Origin: an uncultured bacterium
GTDB taxonomy: Bacteria; Omnitrophota; Omnitrophia; Omnitrophales; Abzuiibacteriaceae
Length of the DNA: 64,000 nt
Direction: 5' to 3'
Assembly: GCA_964387845.1 (NCBI GenBank)
Contig: CAYLXA010000002.1
Location: forward strand, 32,001-96,000
Part shown: in pieces, positions 44,775-55,609 of the stretch
Position numbering within the stretch: the first letter of the stretch is position 1
How the letters are laid out: the number at the start of each line of letters is the position of its first letter
Position numbers and translations under genes: made by a program
The notes under the pieces: model-generated
The model's input: only the letters and a program-made list of their open reading frames with translations
Database searches by the model: none
Told to the model about the DNA's origin: nothing

Positions 44775-47114
44775 ATGGGTTTCTTACACAATCGTTTCAT
44801 GAAACAAGCTGCCTGTATATTATGGGTGTGTTTCCTTGTCTTTTTATTTCAGCCGCATCTCAAAGCCGAAGAAAGCAACGCGGCATCACAAGAACGTTCA
44901 ATAGTTGAGCCGGATGATTCCGGAGATATTCCCGTCGAAGTAGTCGCCGATGATGTCGACTATTTTAAAGACGAACAAAAAACGATTGGGCGCGGCAATG
45001 TGGTGGTGACTCGGGATGATGTCAAGCTGCTTGCGGATTATGTGGAAGTTTACACGGATACCAAAAAGGCATTTGCAGAAGGGCATGTAACGGTTATTCG
45101 CGCCGGTAAAACTCAAATTTCTGGCGATAAGGGCTTTTACGATTTCAAAAACCACCAGGGGTCTTTCCCGAATTCCCAAATGATCTCGTCGCCGTGGTAT
45201 ATCACCGGCGAGCAAGCCGAACAGGTCGCAAAAGATCAAATCAATTTATACCAGGCCATCGTCACAACTTGTCCCTATCAAGATTCGCATTGGGATATTA
45301 AAGCAAAGCAAGTAGTTGTGTATCCGGGCGACAAAATGATTGCCTGGAATATTAAGCTCCGCATTTTAAAAGTTCCTGTTTTCTGGTGGCCGTACATGAT
45401 TATCCCGCTTGATCAGGATACCGGCCCATTTGAATTGCATCTGGGTCAATCCAAGTCTCATGGCAACTACGCTTTGATTGGCAAAACTTATTCGATCATT
45501 CCTCAGTCAGAAGGCCGAGAGCTTAAGACAAAAGTTCATGTCGATTTGCGCAAAAAACGCGGAACAGCCGTTGGCAATCAACTGTGGTATCACTTTGATA
45601 AAATCGGAGACGGGCATGCAAAATTATATTGGATAAAAGATGCCCGAGCGCCGGATCCCGCCTATTATTCTCCCGGCGATGGGTTTCGTAAAAAGCAGCG
45701 TTATCGTGTTACCTGGAAGCACAGAACTGATTTTGGTCCGTTTACTAATTTAATAGCGCAGTGGAACAAGTTTAGCGACCGCGAAATCTTGCACGATTTC
45801 TTTGAGCGAGAGTTTGATGAAGAGCCAATTCCTCAATCGTTTGCCACATTTACACATAACAGTGACAGATATGGCTTCTTGATTGATATTCAACGACAGG
45901 CGAATTCATTTGATAATGTGCTTCAAAGGCTTCCCGAAATACGCTTTAACTGGCGGGATCAGGAAATTAAGCAAACAGGCGTCTACTATAATTCACAGAC
46001 TCAATACGTGAATTATCATTACATCACACACGCAAACCGGACTGACCCTTCAGACGAATCTGGCCGCAAACGCTTGGTAACTGACGTGGAGTCTGACATT
46101 TCCAGGGCTGACACCTTTCATGAGATTTCTTATCCGAAACGATATTTAAGATATTATGATTTTACGCCGCGAGCAAATATGAGGGTCACTCATTTTAGTG
46201 AGAATTTGGCTAATGAGAAACGTGATTTTAGAAGAGTTTTTGGGCTTGGCGGAGAAGCTAGTACGCGTTTTTATCGGTTCTTTGAAGTGCCGAAGGGCAA
46301 TTTTTTAGGTATCCAAGCGGACCGAATTCGGCATGTTCTTAAACCCACGGTTTCATATTTTGCCAACCGCCTTGTTTCAACGCGCCCATCTTTGCTGAAA
46401 CAATTTGACGGAATTGATGGCATTGCAGTTTCTGACACCATTCGTTTTGGGCTTGAGAATAGAATCCAAACCAAATCTAAAGGCAAACGAGTAGATATCG
46501 TAAGCTTAAATGCCTATGTGGATTACGTTTTTAATAACTCAGAGCGCGATACCCGGTTTCAAACGGGTGCGGCGGAAGTGATTCTCCGGCCTTATCCGTG
46601 GTTCCAACTACAAAGCAAGGCATTGTTCGACATGAAAGCCCATCGCAGAACCGAACAGGTAACGGACGCCGTTGTGAGAACCAAATATATTGATTTCTCG
46701 GTTTACCATCGCTATGTGATGACGACCTCAGAAGCGCTTGCCGCTGACAATAATTTTAGCAAGGAAACCAACGTGGTTGCCTTTAAAGGCGAAACAAGAA
46801 TGAATGAAAGATGGAAAATCGCCGGTTATTTCAGATTTGATGCACGGCGGCATTCTTGGAGAGAGTATGAGTGGGAAATTATCCGTGATTTGCATGACTG
46901 GACAGTATCTTTTGGACAAAATATTCGTCATTCCGAAATTAATTATTTGGATCATGAGCTTTTCTTCGAGCTTCAGCTAAAAGCACTTCCGGGTGTTAAG
47001 TTTTCAACCGGCCAGCGTGCAAATTTCTCGGATGCTCGAATTGGCGAAACAGTATCGGGCGCCAATCAGTCGCCGGCCCCCAATTCACTTTTGCCATCGC
47101 CTAGCACGGGTTAA
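44775..47114 (+). CDS. lptD: LPS-assembly outer-membrane protein LptD (OstA family)
   Basis: Signal peptide. N-terminal OstA/LptA-like beta-jellyroll (VVADDVDYFKDEQ…GNVVVT). Large C-terminal beta-barrel with Y/F-rich alternating strands. 779 aa. Confidence 0.8.
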   Translation: MGFLHNRFMKQAACILWVCFLVFLFQPHLKAEESNAASQERSIVEPDDSGDIPVEVVADDVDYFKDEQKTIGRGNVVVTRDDVKLLADYVEVYTDTKKAFAEGHVTVIRAGKTQISGDKGFYDFKNHQGSFPNSQMISSPWYITGEQAEQVAKDQINLYQAIVTTCPYQDSHWDIKAKQVVVYPGDKMIAWNIKLRILKVPVFWWPYMIIPLDQDTGPFELHLGQSKSHGNYALIGKTYSIIPQSEGRELKTKVHVDLRKKRGTAVGNQLWYHFDKIGDGHAKLYWIKDARAPDPAYYSPGDGFRKKQRYRVTWKHRTDFGPFTNLIAQWNKFSDREILHDFFEREFDEEPIPQSFATFTHNSDRYGFLIDIQRQANSFDNVLQRLPEIRFNWRDQEIKQTGVYYNSQTQYVNYHYITHANRTDPSDESGRKRLVTDVESDISRADTFHEISYPKRYLRYYDFTPRANMRVTHFSENLANEKRDFRRVFGLGGEASTRFYRFFEVPKGNFLGIQADRIRHVLKPTVSYFANRLVSTRPSLLKQFDGIDGIAVSDTIRFGLENRIQTKSKGKRVDIVSLNAYVDYVFNNSERDTRFQTGAAEVILRPYPWFQLQSKALFDMKAHRRTEQVTDAVVRTKYIDFSVYHRYVMTTSEALAADNNFSKETNVVAFKGETRMNERWKIAGYFRFDARRHSWREYEWEIIRDLHDWTVSFGQNIRHSEINYLDHELFFELQLKALPGVKFSTGQRANFSDARIGETVSGANQSPAPNSLLPSPSTG

Positions 47115-47202
47115 TCAAATTGTTAACGATGGCAGAATCCAAAATTCATTTTTCTTCTAATTACTACAGCGTCATTAACAATCAAACTTCGATAAGCCAA
47201 AA

Positions 47203-48495
47203 ATGAAACTATCAATCATAGGATCGGGGCATGTGGGGTTGGTTACCGGAGCTTGTTTTGCCGAGCTTGGGCACCGTGTTATTTGTGTGGATTCTGATCC
47301 AAAAAAGATCAAATTGCTGAAACAGGGCGGTTGCCCGATTTTTGAACCCGAACTTCATGAGTTGGTCAAACGCAATGTTGCACAGGGGCGCCTGTCATTT
47401 ACGGGTGAAATTCATACGGCTGTCAAAGAAACAGAAATTCTATTCATCTGCGTCGGAACGCCGCCGCTTGAAGATGGCGGTACGGATTTATCATCTGTAG
47501 TTGCAGTCGCAAAAGCGATTGCGAAAAGCATGAAATCCTACAGGCTGATTGTGGAAAAAAGCACAGTGCCCGTTGAAACCGGCGAAGAGGTGAAGCGCAC
47601 CATTCGGCAGTATAAGGCAAAGGGCGTATCCTTTGATGTCGCATCAAACCCCGAATTTTTAAGGGAAGGAACCGCGGTACGGGATTTTTTGGAACCGGAC
47701 AGGATTGTGGTGGGGGTTGAAAGTAAGCGTGCCGAAAAAATGTTGCGCGAACTTTACCGTCAATTTCAGGCGCCGCTTATTGTTACGGATATTAAAAGCG
47801 CCGAAATCATTAAACACGCATCAAACTCATTCTTATCGATGAAAATTTCCTTTATCAATTTAATTGCCCGGCTTTGCGATAAGGTGGGCGCTAATGTCGC
47901 GGAAGTTGCTGAAGGAATGGGCTCAGATCCACGGATACGAAGAAATTTCCTGAATGCCGGAATTGGATTTGGCGGTTTTTGTTTCCCGAAGGATTTATCG
48001 GCCTTTATTCATATTGCAGAAAAAAACGGTGTTGATTTTGGGTTGCTCCGTGAAGTTTTGGAGATTAACCAAACTCAGAAAGATTATTTTGTATCGCTGG
48101 TCAAAAAAGCACTTAAAAATTTGGCCAAAAAGCGGCTGGCGGTCTTGGGGCTCTCCTTCAAACCTGACACGGATGATATGCGGTTTGCGCCTTCCTTAGA
48201 TATTATTCCAGAGCTTCAGAAATTAGGTGCTTCTATTTGCGCATACGATCCGGTCGCCATGCCCGAATCGAAAGAGATTTTCAAAGGAATTTCATTTGCC
48301 AAAACTGCCTACGAAGCGTGTGATAAGGCGGATGCGGTTTTGATCTTGACCGAATGGCGGGAATTTCAAGAGATTGATTTAAATCAAATTAAAAAGCGCT
48401 TGCGGAGCGCTGTGATGATTGACGGGCGGAATATTTATGATCCGGCGGTTATGAAGAAGAACGGCTTTAAGTATTTCGGGATCGGAAGACGCTGA
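47203..48495 (+). CDS. ugd: UDP-glucose 6-dehydrogenase
   Basis: IIGSGHVGLVTGACFAELGH N-terminus. Catalytic Cys context GFGGFCFPKD. Confidence 0.85.
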   Translation: MKLSIIGSGHVGLVTGACFAELGHRVICVDSDPKKIKLLKQGGCPIFEPELHELVKRNVAQGRLSFTGEIHTAVKETEILFICVGTPPLEDGGTDLSSVVAVAKAIAKSMKSYRLIVEKSTVPVETGEEVKRTIRQYKAKGVSFDVASNPEFLREGTAVRDFLEPDRIVVGVESKRAEKMLRELYRQFQAPLIVTDIKSAEIIKHASNSFLSMKISFINLIARLCDKVGANVAEVAEGMGSDPRIRRNFLNAGIGFGGFCFPKDLSAFIHIAEKNGVDFGLLREVLEINQTQKDYFVSLVKKALKNLAKKRLAVLGLSFKPDTDDMRFAPSLDIIPELQKLGASICAYDPVAMPESKEIFKGISFAKTAYEACDKADAVLILTEWREFQEIDLNQIKKRLRSAVMIDGRNIYDPAVMKKNGFKYFGIGRR

Positions 48496-48515
48496 TTCGT
48501 GATGAGTTGTTATTT

Positions 48516-49496
48516 ATGAAAAGACTTTTGGTGACAGGCGGATGCGGATTCATCGGCTCGAATTTTATCCGTCACGTATTGGCAAATAGACCTGATTGCT
48601 TGATCACAAATCTTGATTTACTGACTTATGCTGGAAATCTTCAGAATTTAAGCGGAATTGATCAACACCCTAACTATAAATTTATTCAGGGTGATATTGC
48701 TGATGAAGCGCTTGCCGGCATGCTTATGAAAAGCGCGGATGCCGTTGTTCATTTTGCGGCCGAAAGCCACGTGGATCGTTCGATTGCTTCGTCACACGAT
48801 TTTATTCGAACCAACGTGATCGGGACCCAGGTCTTATTGGATGCCGCAAGGGAAGCGGGCCGAATTGAAAAGTTCATTCATTTTTCGACCGATGAGGTTT
48901 ACGGTTGCGCTGAACAAGGTGCTTTTCGAGAAGATGGCCTGGTCAATCCAACCAGCCCCTACGCGGCGTCCAAGGCAAGTTCAGACTTGCTTGCGATGTC
49001 GTACTACAAGACGCACAAGCTTCCGGTGATTGTCATGCGTGCATCGAACAATTACGGGCCTTATCAGTATCCGGAAAAAGTAATTCCGCTTTTTGTGACT
49101 AATTTAATCGAGAAAAAAAAGGTTCCGCTGTATTCTCGCGGGGAGAATGTCCGGGAATGGATGTATGTTGAGGATACTTGCCGGGCTGTTTCGTTTATTT
49201 TAGACAACGGACAGGCGGGTAATATTTATAATGTCGGGTCCGGCGTCGAGATCAGCAATATCACATTGGTGAACACGATTTTAAAAGCCTTTGGACTGGA
49301 TGAGGGCTGGATTTCATATGTAAAAGACAGGCCCGCACACGACATTCGCTATAGATTGAATTCAAGTAAAATCTCTATGCTTGGGTTCCAAATTTCAAGC
49401 AAATTTGATGAAAGATTGCAATATACAATAGATTGGTACCGCCAAAATGAGGCTTGGTGGAAACCGCTTAAAAACAATCAATATACGGTGAAGTGA
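48516..49496 (+). CDS. rfbB: dTDP-glucose 4,6-dehydratase
   Basis: LVTGGCGFIGSNF motif, STDEVYG, YAASKAS (YxxxK). 326 aa. ATG 48516 is preferred over the track start 48507. Confidence 0.85.
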   Translation: MKRLLVTGGCGFIGSNFIRHVLANRPDCLITNLDLLTYAGNLQNLSGIDQHPNYKFIQGDIADEALAGMLMKSADAVVHFAAESHVDRSIASSHDFIRTNVIGTQVLLDAAREAGRIEKFIHFSTDEVYGCAEQGAFREDGLVNPTSPYAASKASSDLLAMSYYKTHKLPVIVMRASNNYGPYQYPEKVIPLFVTNLIEKKKVPLYSRGENVREWMYVEDTCRAVSFILDNGQAGNIYNVGSGVEISNITLVNTILKAFGLDEGWISYVKDRPAHDIRYRLNSSKISMLGFQISSKFDERLQYTIDWYRQNEAWWKPLKNNQYTVK

Positions 49497-49497
49497 C

Positions 49498-50394
49498 ATG
49501 TCTTTCAAAATATTGGTAACAGGCGCACGCGGGATGCTTGGAAGCGATTTGGTGGCCCTGCTCAGCAAGCACTACTCGGTTTATGGCCTCACGCGAAAAC
49601 AAGATGATCGGCCCACGTTTGCGGTTTGTGATATTACCGACCGCGCGGATACGATTAAAGCAATCGAGCGAATCAATCCGAAAGTCGTTATTCATGCAGC
49701 GGCGTGGGCGGATGTAGACGCTTGTGAAATTAACCGCGCAAAAGCAATGAAGGTTAATTTTGAGGGAACCAAAAATGTTGTGGATGGCTGCCGGCATGTA
49801 AAGGGGCTGCTTATTTACATCAGCACCGACTTCGTGTTCAGCGGCAATCAGAAAGACGCTTACAAAGAAACCAACATGACGCATCCGGTCAATGTTTACG
49901 GAGAATCGAAATTGCTTGGAGAATTTTACACACGATCTCAAAGTCTTGATTATTGGATCGTGCGAACATCGTGGCTGTTTGGTAAGAATGGCAATAATTT
50001 CATGTCGAAGATATTGGAAAAGGCAAAATCCGGCGAACGGCTCAATGTTGTTCATGACCAAAAAGGTTGCCCGACTTACACCAAAGATCTTGCTAAAGCG
50101 ATTTTACGTATGATTGACCGCCGCTTTGAATCCGAAAAACAACCCATGCTGAATGGGATTTACCACGTCTGTAATCGGGAACCCGCAACACGGTATGAAG
50201 TAGCTTTAGAAATTGTGGGCCGCAAAGGGCTCAAAGACGTCAAAGTTGATCCTGTGGGATCAGATGAAGTTAAAACCCTGGCTGCTCGGCCGAAGAATTC
50301 AACGCTCGATATGAGTAAATTTGAGAAATCGTTTGATTTTGCCATGCGGTCATGGAAAGACGCGTTGGTTGATTATATAAAGGAATTGAATTGA
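49498..50394 (+). CDS. rfbD: dTDP-4-dehydrorhamnose reductase-like
   Basis: ILVTGARGMLGSDL, YGESKLLGE (YxxxK). 298 aa. Adjacent to rfbB. Confidence 0.75.
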   Translation: MSFKILVTGARGMLGSDLVALLSKHYSVYGLTRKQDDRPTFAVCDITDRADTIKAIERINPKVVIHAAAWADVDACEINRAKAMKVNFEGTKNVVDGCRHVKGLLIYISTDFVFSGNQKDAYKETNMTHPVNVYGESKLLGEFYTRSQSLDYWIVRTSWLFGKNGNNFMSKILEKAKSGERLNVVHDQKGCPTYTKDLAKAILRMIDRRFESEKQPMLNGIYHVCNREPATRYEVALEIVGRKGLKDVKVDPVGSDEVKTLAARPKNSTLDMSKFEKSFDFAMRSWKDALVDYIKELN

Positions 50395-50395
50395 G

Positions 50396-51727
50396 ATGTC
50401 ACCGAAGCGTAAATTGCCAAACCTAGTGAAGAACTTAACAAAACGTATTCAAACCCGGCAAATTAGTGTTGCCGTGATCGGTCTTGGGTATGTCGGGTTG
50501 CCGCTTGCGGTTCACTTTGCGGAACGCAAGGTCAAAGTATTTGGTATTGATTTAGATGCAAAAAAAATTGCCGCTCTGAATAAAGGCGGTTCATATATTC
50601 AAGATGTATCTGCGGCCAAAGTTCAGCGTGCGGTGCGTCAGAATCGCTTAAAAGCCACTAGCGATTATCAAGTTCTTAAAAAGGCGGACGCAGTTATTAT
50701 TTGTGTGCCGACCCCGCTCAATCGAGCCAAAGATCCCGATTTGTCGTTTATCATCAAAGCAACCGACGAAGTTGTTAAACACCTCCACAAGGGCCAAATC
50801 ATTATCCTGGAGAGCACCACTTATCCGGGCACAACCGATGAAGTGATCTTGCCAAAGCTGGAAGCGAGCGGTCTTAAAGCAGGAAAGGACTTTTTTCTTT
50901 GTTTTTCGCCGGAGCGAATTGATCCCGGCCGTAAAGATTTGCCGATATCCCTGATTCCAAAAGTGGTCGGCGGTATCAGTAAGAACTGCACAAAACTCGG
51001 AAGCTTGCTTTACGGCGTTGTGTTTGAGAAAGTGGTGCCGGTGTCATCCGCGCGGACAGCTGAAATGGCCAAGCTGCTTGAAAACACGTTCCGCATTGTT
51101 AATATCGGCATGATCAATGAACTGGCGACGATTGCGGGCGCGCTTGGTATCGATATTTGGGAAGTGATCGAAGCTGCCAAAACGAAACCCTTCGGTTTTA
51201 TGCCGTTTTATCCCGGCCCCGGCGTTGGCGGACACTGCATCGGGATCGATCCCATATATTTATCGTGGAAAGCGAAAACGCACGGGTTTAACATCAAATT
51301 TATCGATCTGGCACGTGACGTAAATGCGCACATGCCGCATTATGTGGTTGAAAAAACTCAAGAGCTTTTACTGCGTAATACAAAAAAATCAATCAATCAA
51401 ATGAGAATTTTAATCTCCGGAATTACTTACAAGCGCGATGTTGTGGATACCAGAGAATCGCCCGCGCTTGAGGTTATTGAGGAGCTTGCTCGTCTGGGCA
51501 TTAAGGTTTCTTACCATGATCCGTTTGTTCCAAAACTTAGATACGAAAGCATTTCTTTAAAATCAGTTTCGCTTACGCCAAAAATTTTGAAAAGACAGGA
51601 CTTGGTATTGATTCTAACCGATCATTCTAAAATTGATTACAAGCTCATCGCAAAAAATTCAAAATTGGTTTTTGATACGCGCAATGTATTCAAAAATATG
51701 AAAATGGAGCATATCGTTAAAATTTGA
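50396..51727 (+). CDS. UDP-N-acetyl-D-hexosamine 6-dehydrogenase (WbpA/WbpO/WecC family)
   Basis: IGLGYVGLPLA N-terminus, catalytic GGHCIGIDP. 443 aa. Confidence 0.8.
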   Translation: MSPKRKLPNLVKNLTKRIQTRQISVAVIGLGYVGLPLAVHFAERKVKVFGIDLDAKKIAALNKGGSYIQDVSAAKVQRAVRQNRLKATSDYQVLKKADAVIICVPTPLNRAKDPDLSFIIKATDEVVKHLHKGQIIILESTTYPGTTDEVILPKLEASGLKAGKDFFLCFSPERIDPGRKDLPISLIPKVVGGISKNCTKLGSLLYGVVFEKVVPVSSARTAEMAKLLENTFRIVNIGMINELATIAGALGIDIWEVIEAAKTKPFGFMPFYPGPGVGGHCIGIDPIYLSWKAKTHGFNIKFIDLARDVNAHMPHYVVEKTQELLLRNTKKSINQMRILISGITYKRDVVDTRESPALEVIEELARLGIKVSYHDPFVPKLRYESISLKSVSLTPKILKRQDLVLILTDHSKIDYKLIAKNSKLVFDTRNVFKNMKMEHIVKI

Positions 51728-51743
51728 AAATTGGGGGAAGTGT

Positions 51744-52703
51744 ATGAAACGTTGTTTGGTAACGGGCGGTGCAGGATTTATCGGATCAAATATCGTAGAA
51801 ACTCTTGTAAAAAAGGGTTTTCGGGTCCGCGTTCTGGATAATTTCTCGACTGGCTTCAAGCAAAATCTGAAATTTCTAGAATCAAAAATAGAAATTCACA
51901 CAGGCGATATCCGAAATTTGAGGCATGCGCAGCGCGCAGCCAAGGGAATGGATTACGTGATCCATACGGCAGCGAATCGTGCAGTTTTGAGATCGGTGGA
52001 TGACCCGCTAGAGACCAATGAAGCCAATGTCAACGGAACGCTTAATATCTTAATTGCAGCGCGTGACGCCAAGGTGAAAAGAGTCGTCTATTCTTCATCG
52101 TCATCGGTTTACGGTGAAACAAATCAATTTCCGCTCAATGAAACCGCCAAGCCGAACCCGCAATCGCCCTATGCTGCACAGAAACTGATGGGTGAATATT
52201 ATTGCCGGCTGTTTTATCAATTGTACGGGCTCGAGACCGTTTCGCTCCGCTATTTTAATGTATTCGGACCCAGGCAAAATCCGGAGTCAAAATATTCAGC
52301 CGTGATTCCGATTTTCATCGACCAGCTTTTAAAAGGCGAACGTCCGGTTTTGCATTGGGATGGAAAACAATCTCGTGATTTTTCTTATGTCGATAATGTC
52401 GTGTACGGCAATTTGTGCGCGATGCATGCAGGCAAACAAGCTGCCGGGCAAGTTTATAATATTGCCTGTCATGAAGAGTACAGCGTGCTGGATATTTTTA
52501 ATGAACTGAAAAGAATTCTTCGAAAACCTTCTGTTCAGCCCATTTTCAAACCGAAGCGGGCGGGGGATGTTAGGCGGACATTTGCCGATATTCGAAAAGC
52601 AAAGCGAGAGTTAGGCTTTCGAGTTCAGACGAGATTTCGCGCAGGCCTGCAAAAAACCGTCGATTGGTTTCTCGAGAGCAAAGTTCTAGAGCGCCGCTCA
52701 TGA
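51744..52703 (+). CDS. UDP-sugar 4-epimerase (WbpP/CapD-like SDR)
   Basis: [24 protein letters not shown]. The pairing with the upstream HexNAc dehydrogenase is typical of WbpO/WbpP. Confidence 0.75.
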   Translation: MKRCLVTGGAGFIGSNIVETLVKKGFRVRVLDNFSTGFKQNLKFLESKIEIHTGDIRNLRHAQRAAKGMDYVIHTAANRAVLRSVDDPLETNEANVNGTLNILIAARDAKVKRVVYSSSSSVYGETNQFPLNETAKPNPQSPYAAQKLMGEYYCRLFYQLYGLETVSLRYFNVFGPRQNPESKYSAVIPIFIDQLLKGERPVLHWDGKQSRDFSYVDNVVYGNLCAMHAGKQAAGQVYNIACHEEYSVLDIFNELKRILRKPSVQPIFKPKRAGDVRRTFADIRKAKRELGFRVQTRFRAGLQKTVDWFLESKVLERRS

Positions 52704-53635
52704 AAACCGTGGTTGTCACCGGCGGGGCCGGCTTTATCGGCTCACACCTTTCTGAACATTTTCTTCAAAACGGTTTTAAGGTCATCTGCCTTGATAATTT
52801 ATTGACCGGATCAGCTCAAAATATCAAGACTTTTAAGAATCATCCTCATTATGAATTCGTCGAGCATAATATCTGCGATTACATCGATGTGCCCGGATCT
52901 GTCGACTATGTTCTCCATTTTGCATCACCGGCAAGTCCGATTGATTATTTAAAATTACCGATTCAAACTTTAAAAGTCGGATCGCTGGGCACGCACAACG
53001 CGCTCGGCTTTGCGAAAGCAAAAAAAGCGGTTTTTTTACTGGCGTCAACCTCTGAAGTATACGGAGACCCCTTGGTCCATCCGCAGCCGGAAGATTATTG
53101 GGGGAATGTGAATCCCATCGGTCCGCGCGGAGTTTACGATGAAGCAAAGCGTTTTGCGGAAGCCATTACGCTGGCATATCATCGGTCACACGAAATGGAT
53201 GTCAAGATCGTCCGTATTTTTAATACCTATGGGCCCCGGATGCGCAAAGAAGACGGGCGGGCGATTCCGGCATTCATCAGCCAGGCGTTAAATGGTGAAG
53301 CGGTGACCGTGTTCGGCGACGGGTCCCAAACCCGCAGTTTTTGTTACATCAGCGATCTTGTTGACGGAATTGTGAAGCTTTTGCTGTCGCCTCAGCACGG
53401 CCCTATCAATATCGGAAACCCGAATGAGATGTCGCTTTTGGATTTAGCAAAGGAAATCATCCGCCTTACCAAAAGCAAAAGCGAGATCAAATTCATGAAA
53501 CTTCCGCAGGATGATCCCAAGGTGCGCCAGCCGGATATTACAAAGGCAAAGACATTGTTGAAGTGGGGGCCAAAAGTACAGCTCGAGGACGGCCTTCGAA
53601 AAACAATTGAGTATTTTAAATTGGTAGGCAAATGA
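52700..53635 (+). CDS. UDP-glucuronate decarboxylase (UDP-xylose synthase/ArnA-C-terminal-like)
   Basis: [28 protein letters not shown], and FNTYGPRM typical of the UXS family. ATG 52700 overlaps the previous stop. Confidence 0.8.
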   Translation: MKTVVVTGGAGFIGSHLSEHFLQNGFKVICLDNLLTGSAQNIKTFKNHPHYEFVEHNICDYIDVPGSVDYVLHFASPASPIDYLKLPIQTLKVGSLGTHNALGFAKAKKAVFLLASTSEVYGDPLVHPQPEDYWGNVNPIGPRGVYDEAKRFAEAITLAYHRSHEMDVKIVRIFNTYGPRMRKEDGRAIPAFISQALNGEAVTVFGDGSQTRSFCYISDLVDGIVKLLLSPQHGPINIGNPNEMSLLDLAKEIIRLTKSKSEIKFMKLPQDDPKVRQPDITKAKTLLKWGPKVQLEDGLRKTIEYFKLVGK

Positions 53636-54570
53636 CGCGAATTTTGGTAACAGGCGCATCCGGTTTCGTGGGCGGCCACATGGTTGATTTCTTAAGCCAA
53701 AAGCGGGTCGAAGTTTTCGGCACATATTTCCAGCACAAACCCGATTCTCAACCGGGAGTGTCTTATTTGGCGTGCGATTTCATGAATCGCGAGGCCGTTG
53801 TTAAGCTTTTTCAGAAAACAAAACCCACGCACGTGATTCATTTGGTGGGCCAGAGTTCGCCGTCGCTGTCTTGGAAGATTCCGTACGAAACAGTTCAGGG
53901 AAATGTTTTTTCGGCAATCCATTTGGTGGATGCGTGCCGTAGGCTTAGCTTGCAGCCTAAAATTCTTTATATTTCTTCCGCGCATGTGTATGGACAGACT
54001 TTTTATGAAAAGAGAAATGTGTCAGAAACTGATTTGCCTAAACCGATGGACCCTTACGGCGCTTCCAAGATTCAGGGTGAATATTTTGTCATGCAGTATC
54101 ATTACCAATTTAAAATTCCTTACGTCATTATGCGCGCCTCGGCGCATATCGGCGTAAATCAGCCCCCGTTCTTTTCGATTTCGAATTTTGCAAAGCAGAT
54201 TGCTGAGATCGAGAAAAGGAAAAAGCCGCCTGTTATACTGGTCGGAAATTTGAATGTTGAGCGCGGTTTTGTTGCCGTCGAAGACATTGTGAAAGCATAT
54301 TGGCTGGCACTTACAAAGGCAAAAGCGGGCGAGATCTACAATATAGGCGCCAAAGGCGTCAAAAGCATGGGTAGTTGGCTTGATGATCTGCTGAATTTAA
54401 CCGACGTCAAAATCAAAATCCAGCAGGATCCCAACCGGAAAAGACTGAAAGAACCGGCCCGCATTTCCATCAATAGTAAGAAATTTCGACAAATGACCGG
54501 ATGGAAGGAAGCGAAGCCGATTTTGGAATCATTTGAAAACATCCTCAATTGGTGGCGCGCTCGTGTCTAG
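53632..54570 (+). CDS. NAD-dependent sugar epimerase/4-ketoreductase (Rmd/GDP-6-deoxy-hexose reductase-like SDR)
   Basis: [18 protein letters not shown]. Confidence 0.65.
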   Translation: MTRILVTGASGFVGGHMVDFLSQKRVEVFGTYFQHKPDSQPGVSYLACDFMNREAVVKLFQKTKPTHVIHLVGQSSPSLSWKIPYETVQGNVFSAIHLVDACRRLSLQPKILYISSAHVYGQTFYEKRNVSETDLPKPMDPYGASKIQGEYFVMQYHYQFKIPYVIMRASAHIGVNQPPFFSISNFAKQIAEIEKRKKPPVILVGNLNVERGFVAVEDIVKAYWLALTKAKAGEIYNIGAKGVKSMGSWLDDLLNLTDVKIKIQQDPNRKRLKEPARISINSKKFRQMTGWKEAKPILESFENILNWWRARV

Positions 54571-55609
54571 CGTTGATTTCATCGTTGTTTCGAAAAACCA
54601 ACTCCATTTTACCCGCCAGTGCATTGAAAGCCTCTTCAAAAATGTTTCAGTGCCGTCCCATTTGATTTGGGTGGATAACGCAAGTGATGATGGTACACGG
54701 GAATATCTTGAGAAAATCAAGACGAACAAGCCGTCTCATTTTGAAGTAACGGTAATTTTGAGCGCTGAGAATCTGGGTTATGGCTTGGGGTTGAACAAAG
54801 GCCTGACGGTTTCGAAATCGCCGTATGTGTTTTTCTGCAATAACGACATCAAATTTTATCCGGATTCCGTTGAGGAAGTAGTCCGCATTGCCAAAACCAA
54901 TCCAAAATTTGGTTTAGTGAACCCAAACTCGAACGAGTTTGATCAAATTAAATCTTATGACCCGGCGATACTAAAAGCGTTGCGCGGAAGCGTGATTGAA
55001 CGAACGCATACCTCCGGATTTTGTGTTTTAGTCAGGCGGGAAGTCATTGATAAAATCGGCGGCATTGACCCTGATTTCAACCCCGCCTATTTTGAAGACA
55101 TGGACTATGCTGAACGTGCCAAAAAAGCCGGATTTTTATGCGTGGTAGCCCGCGGCGCTTTTGTTGAACATTTTGGGACTAGGACTTTTCTTCCGAAGGA
55201 AAAACAGGATTTGTGGGACAAGCATAAGGAAAGGTTTGCCAAGCGGTGGGGTGGGACCAAATGGTTTGCTGTTTACGGTGATGATGATTTGGCAAATTCG
55301 GAAACCTTAGAGCGGTTCAAAAATGCCGCGCTCAGCCTTGCGCGAAAAGAGACCGCGATTGTTCATTTGTTTGTTCCGCCTGGAACTAAACAAGGCTTAA
55401 CCGGCCTTCATGAGAGTTTTCGCATTGCAGAATCACCAAAAGTCTTGCGGGGATTTTTGATTTTGATGAAAGCGTGGCGATCAGGCTCAAAACCGATTAG
55501 CAGGATTTATGTTCCAAATACCGGAACAAAAAAAATATTTGAATCTTTAAAAGCGTTTCACCGCGCCGAAGTTTGTAATTTGGAAAACTTGCTGCAAACA
55601 GCAGTATAG
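54563..55609 (+). CDS. family-2 glycosyltransferase
   Basis: GTG 54563 overlaps the previous stop. FIVVSKN…WVDNASDDGT with DxD-type GT2 architecture. Confidence 0.7.
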   Translation: MSSVDFIVVSKNQLHFTRQCIESLFKNVSVPSHLIWVDNASDDGTREYLEKIKTNKPSHFEVTVILSAENLGYGLGLNKGLTVSKSPYVFFCNNDIKFYPDSVEEVVRIAKTNPKFGLVNPNSNEFDQIKSYDPAILKALRGSVIERTHTSGFCVLVRREVIDKIGGIDPDFNPAYFEDMDYAERAKKAGFLCVVARGAFVEHFGTRTFLPKEKQDLWDKHKERFAKRWGGTKWFAVYGDDDLANSETLERFKNAALSLARKETAIVHLFVPPGTKQGLTGLHESFRIAESPKVLRGFLILMKAWRSGSKPISRIYVPNTGTKKIFESLKAFHRAEVCNLENLLQTAV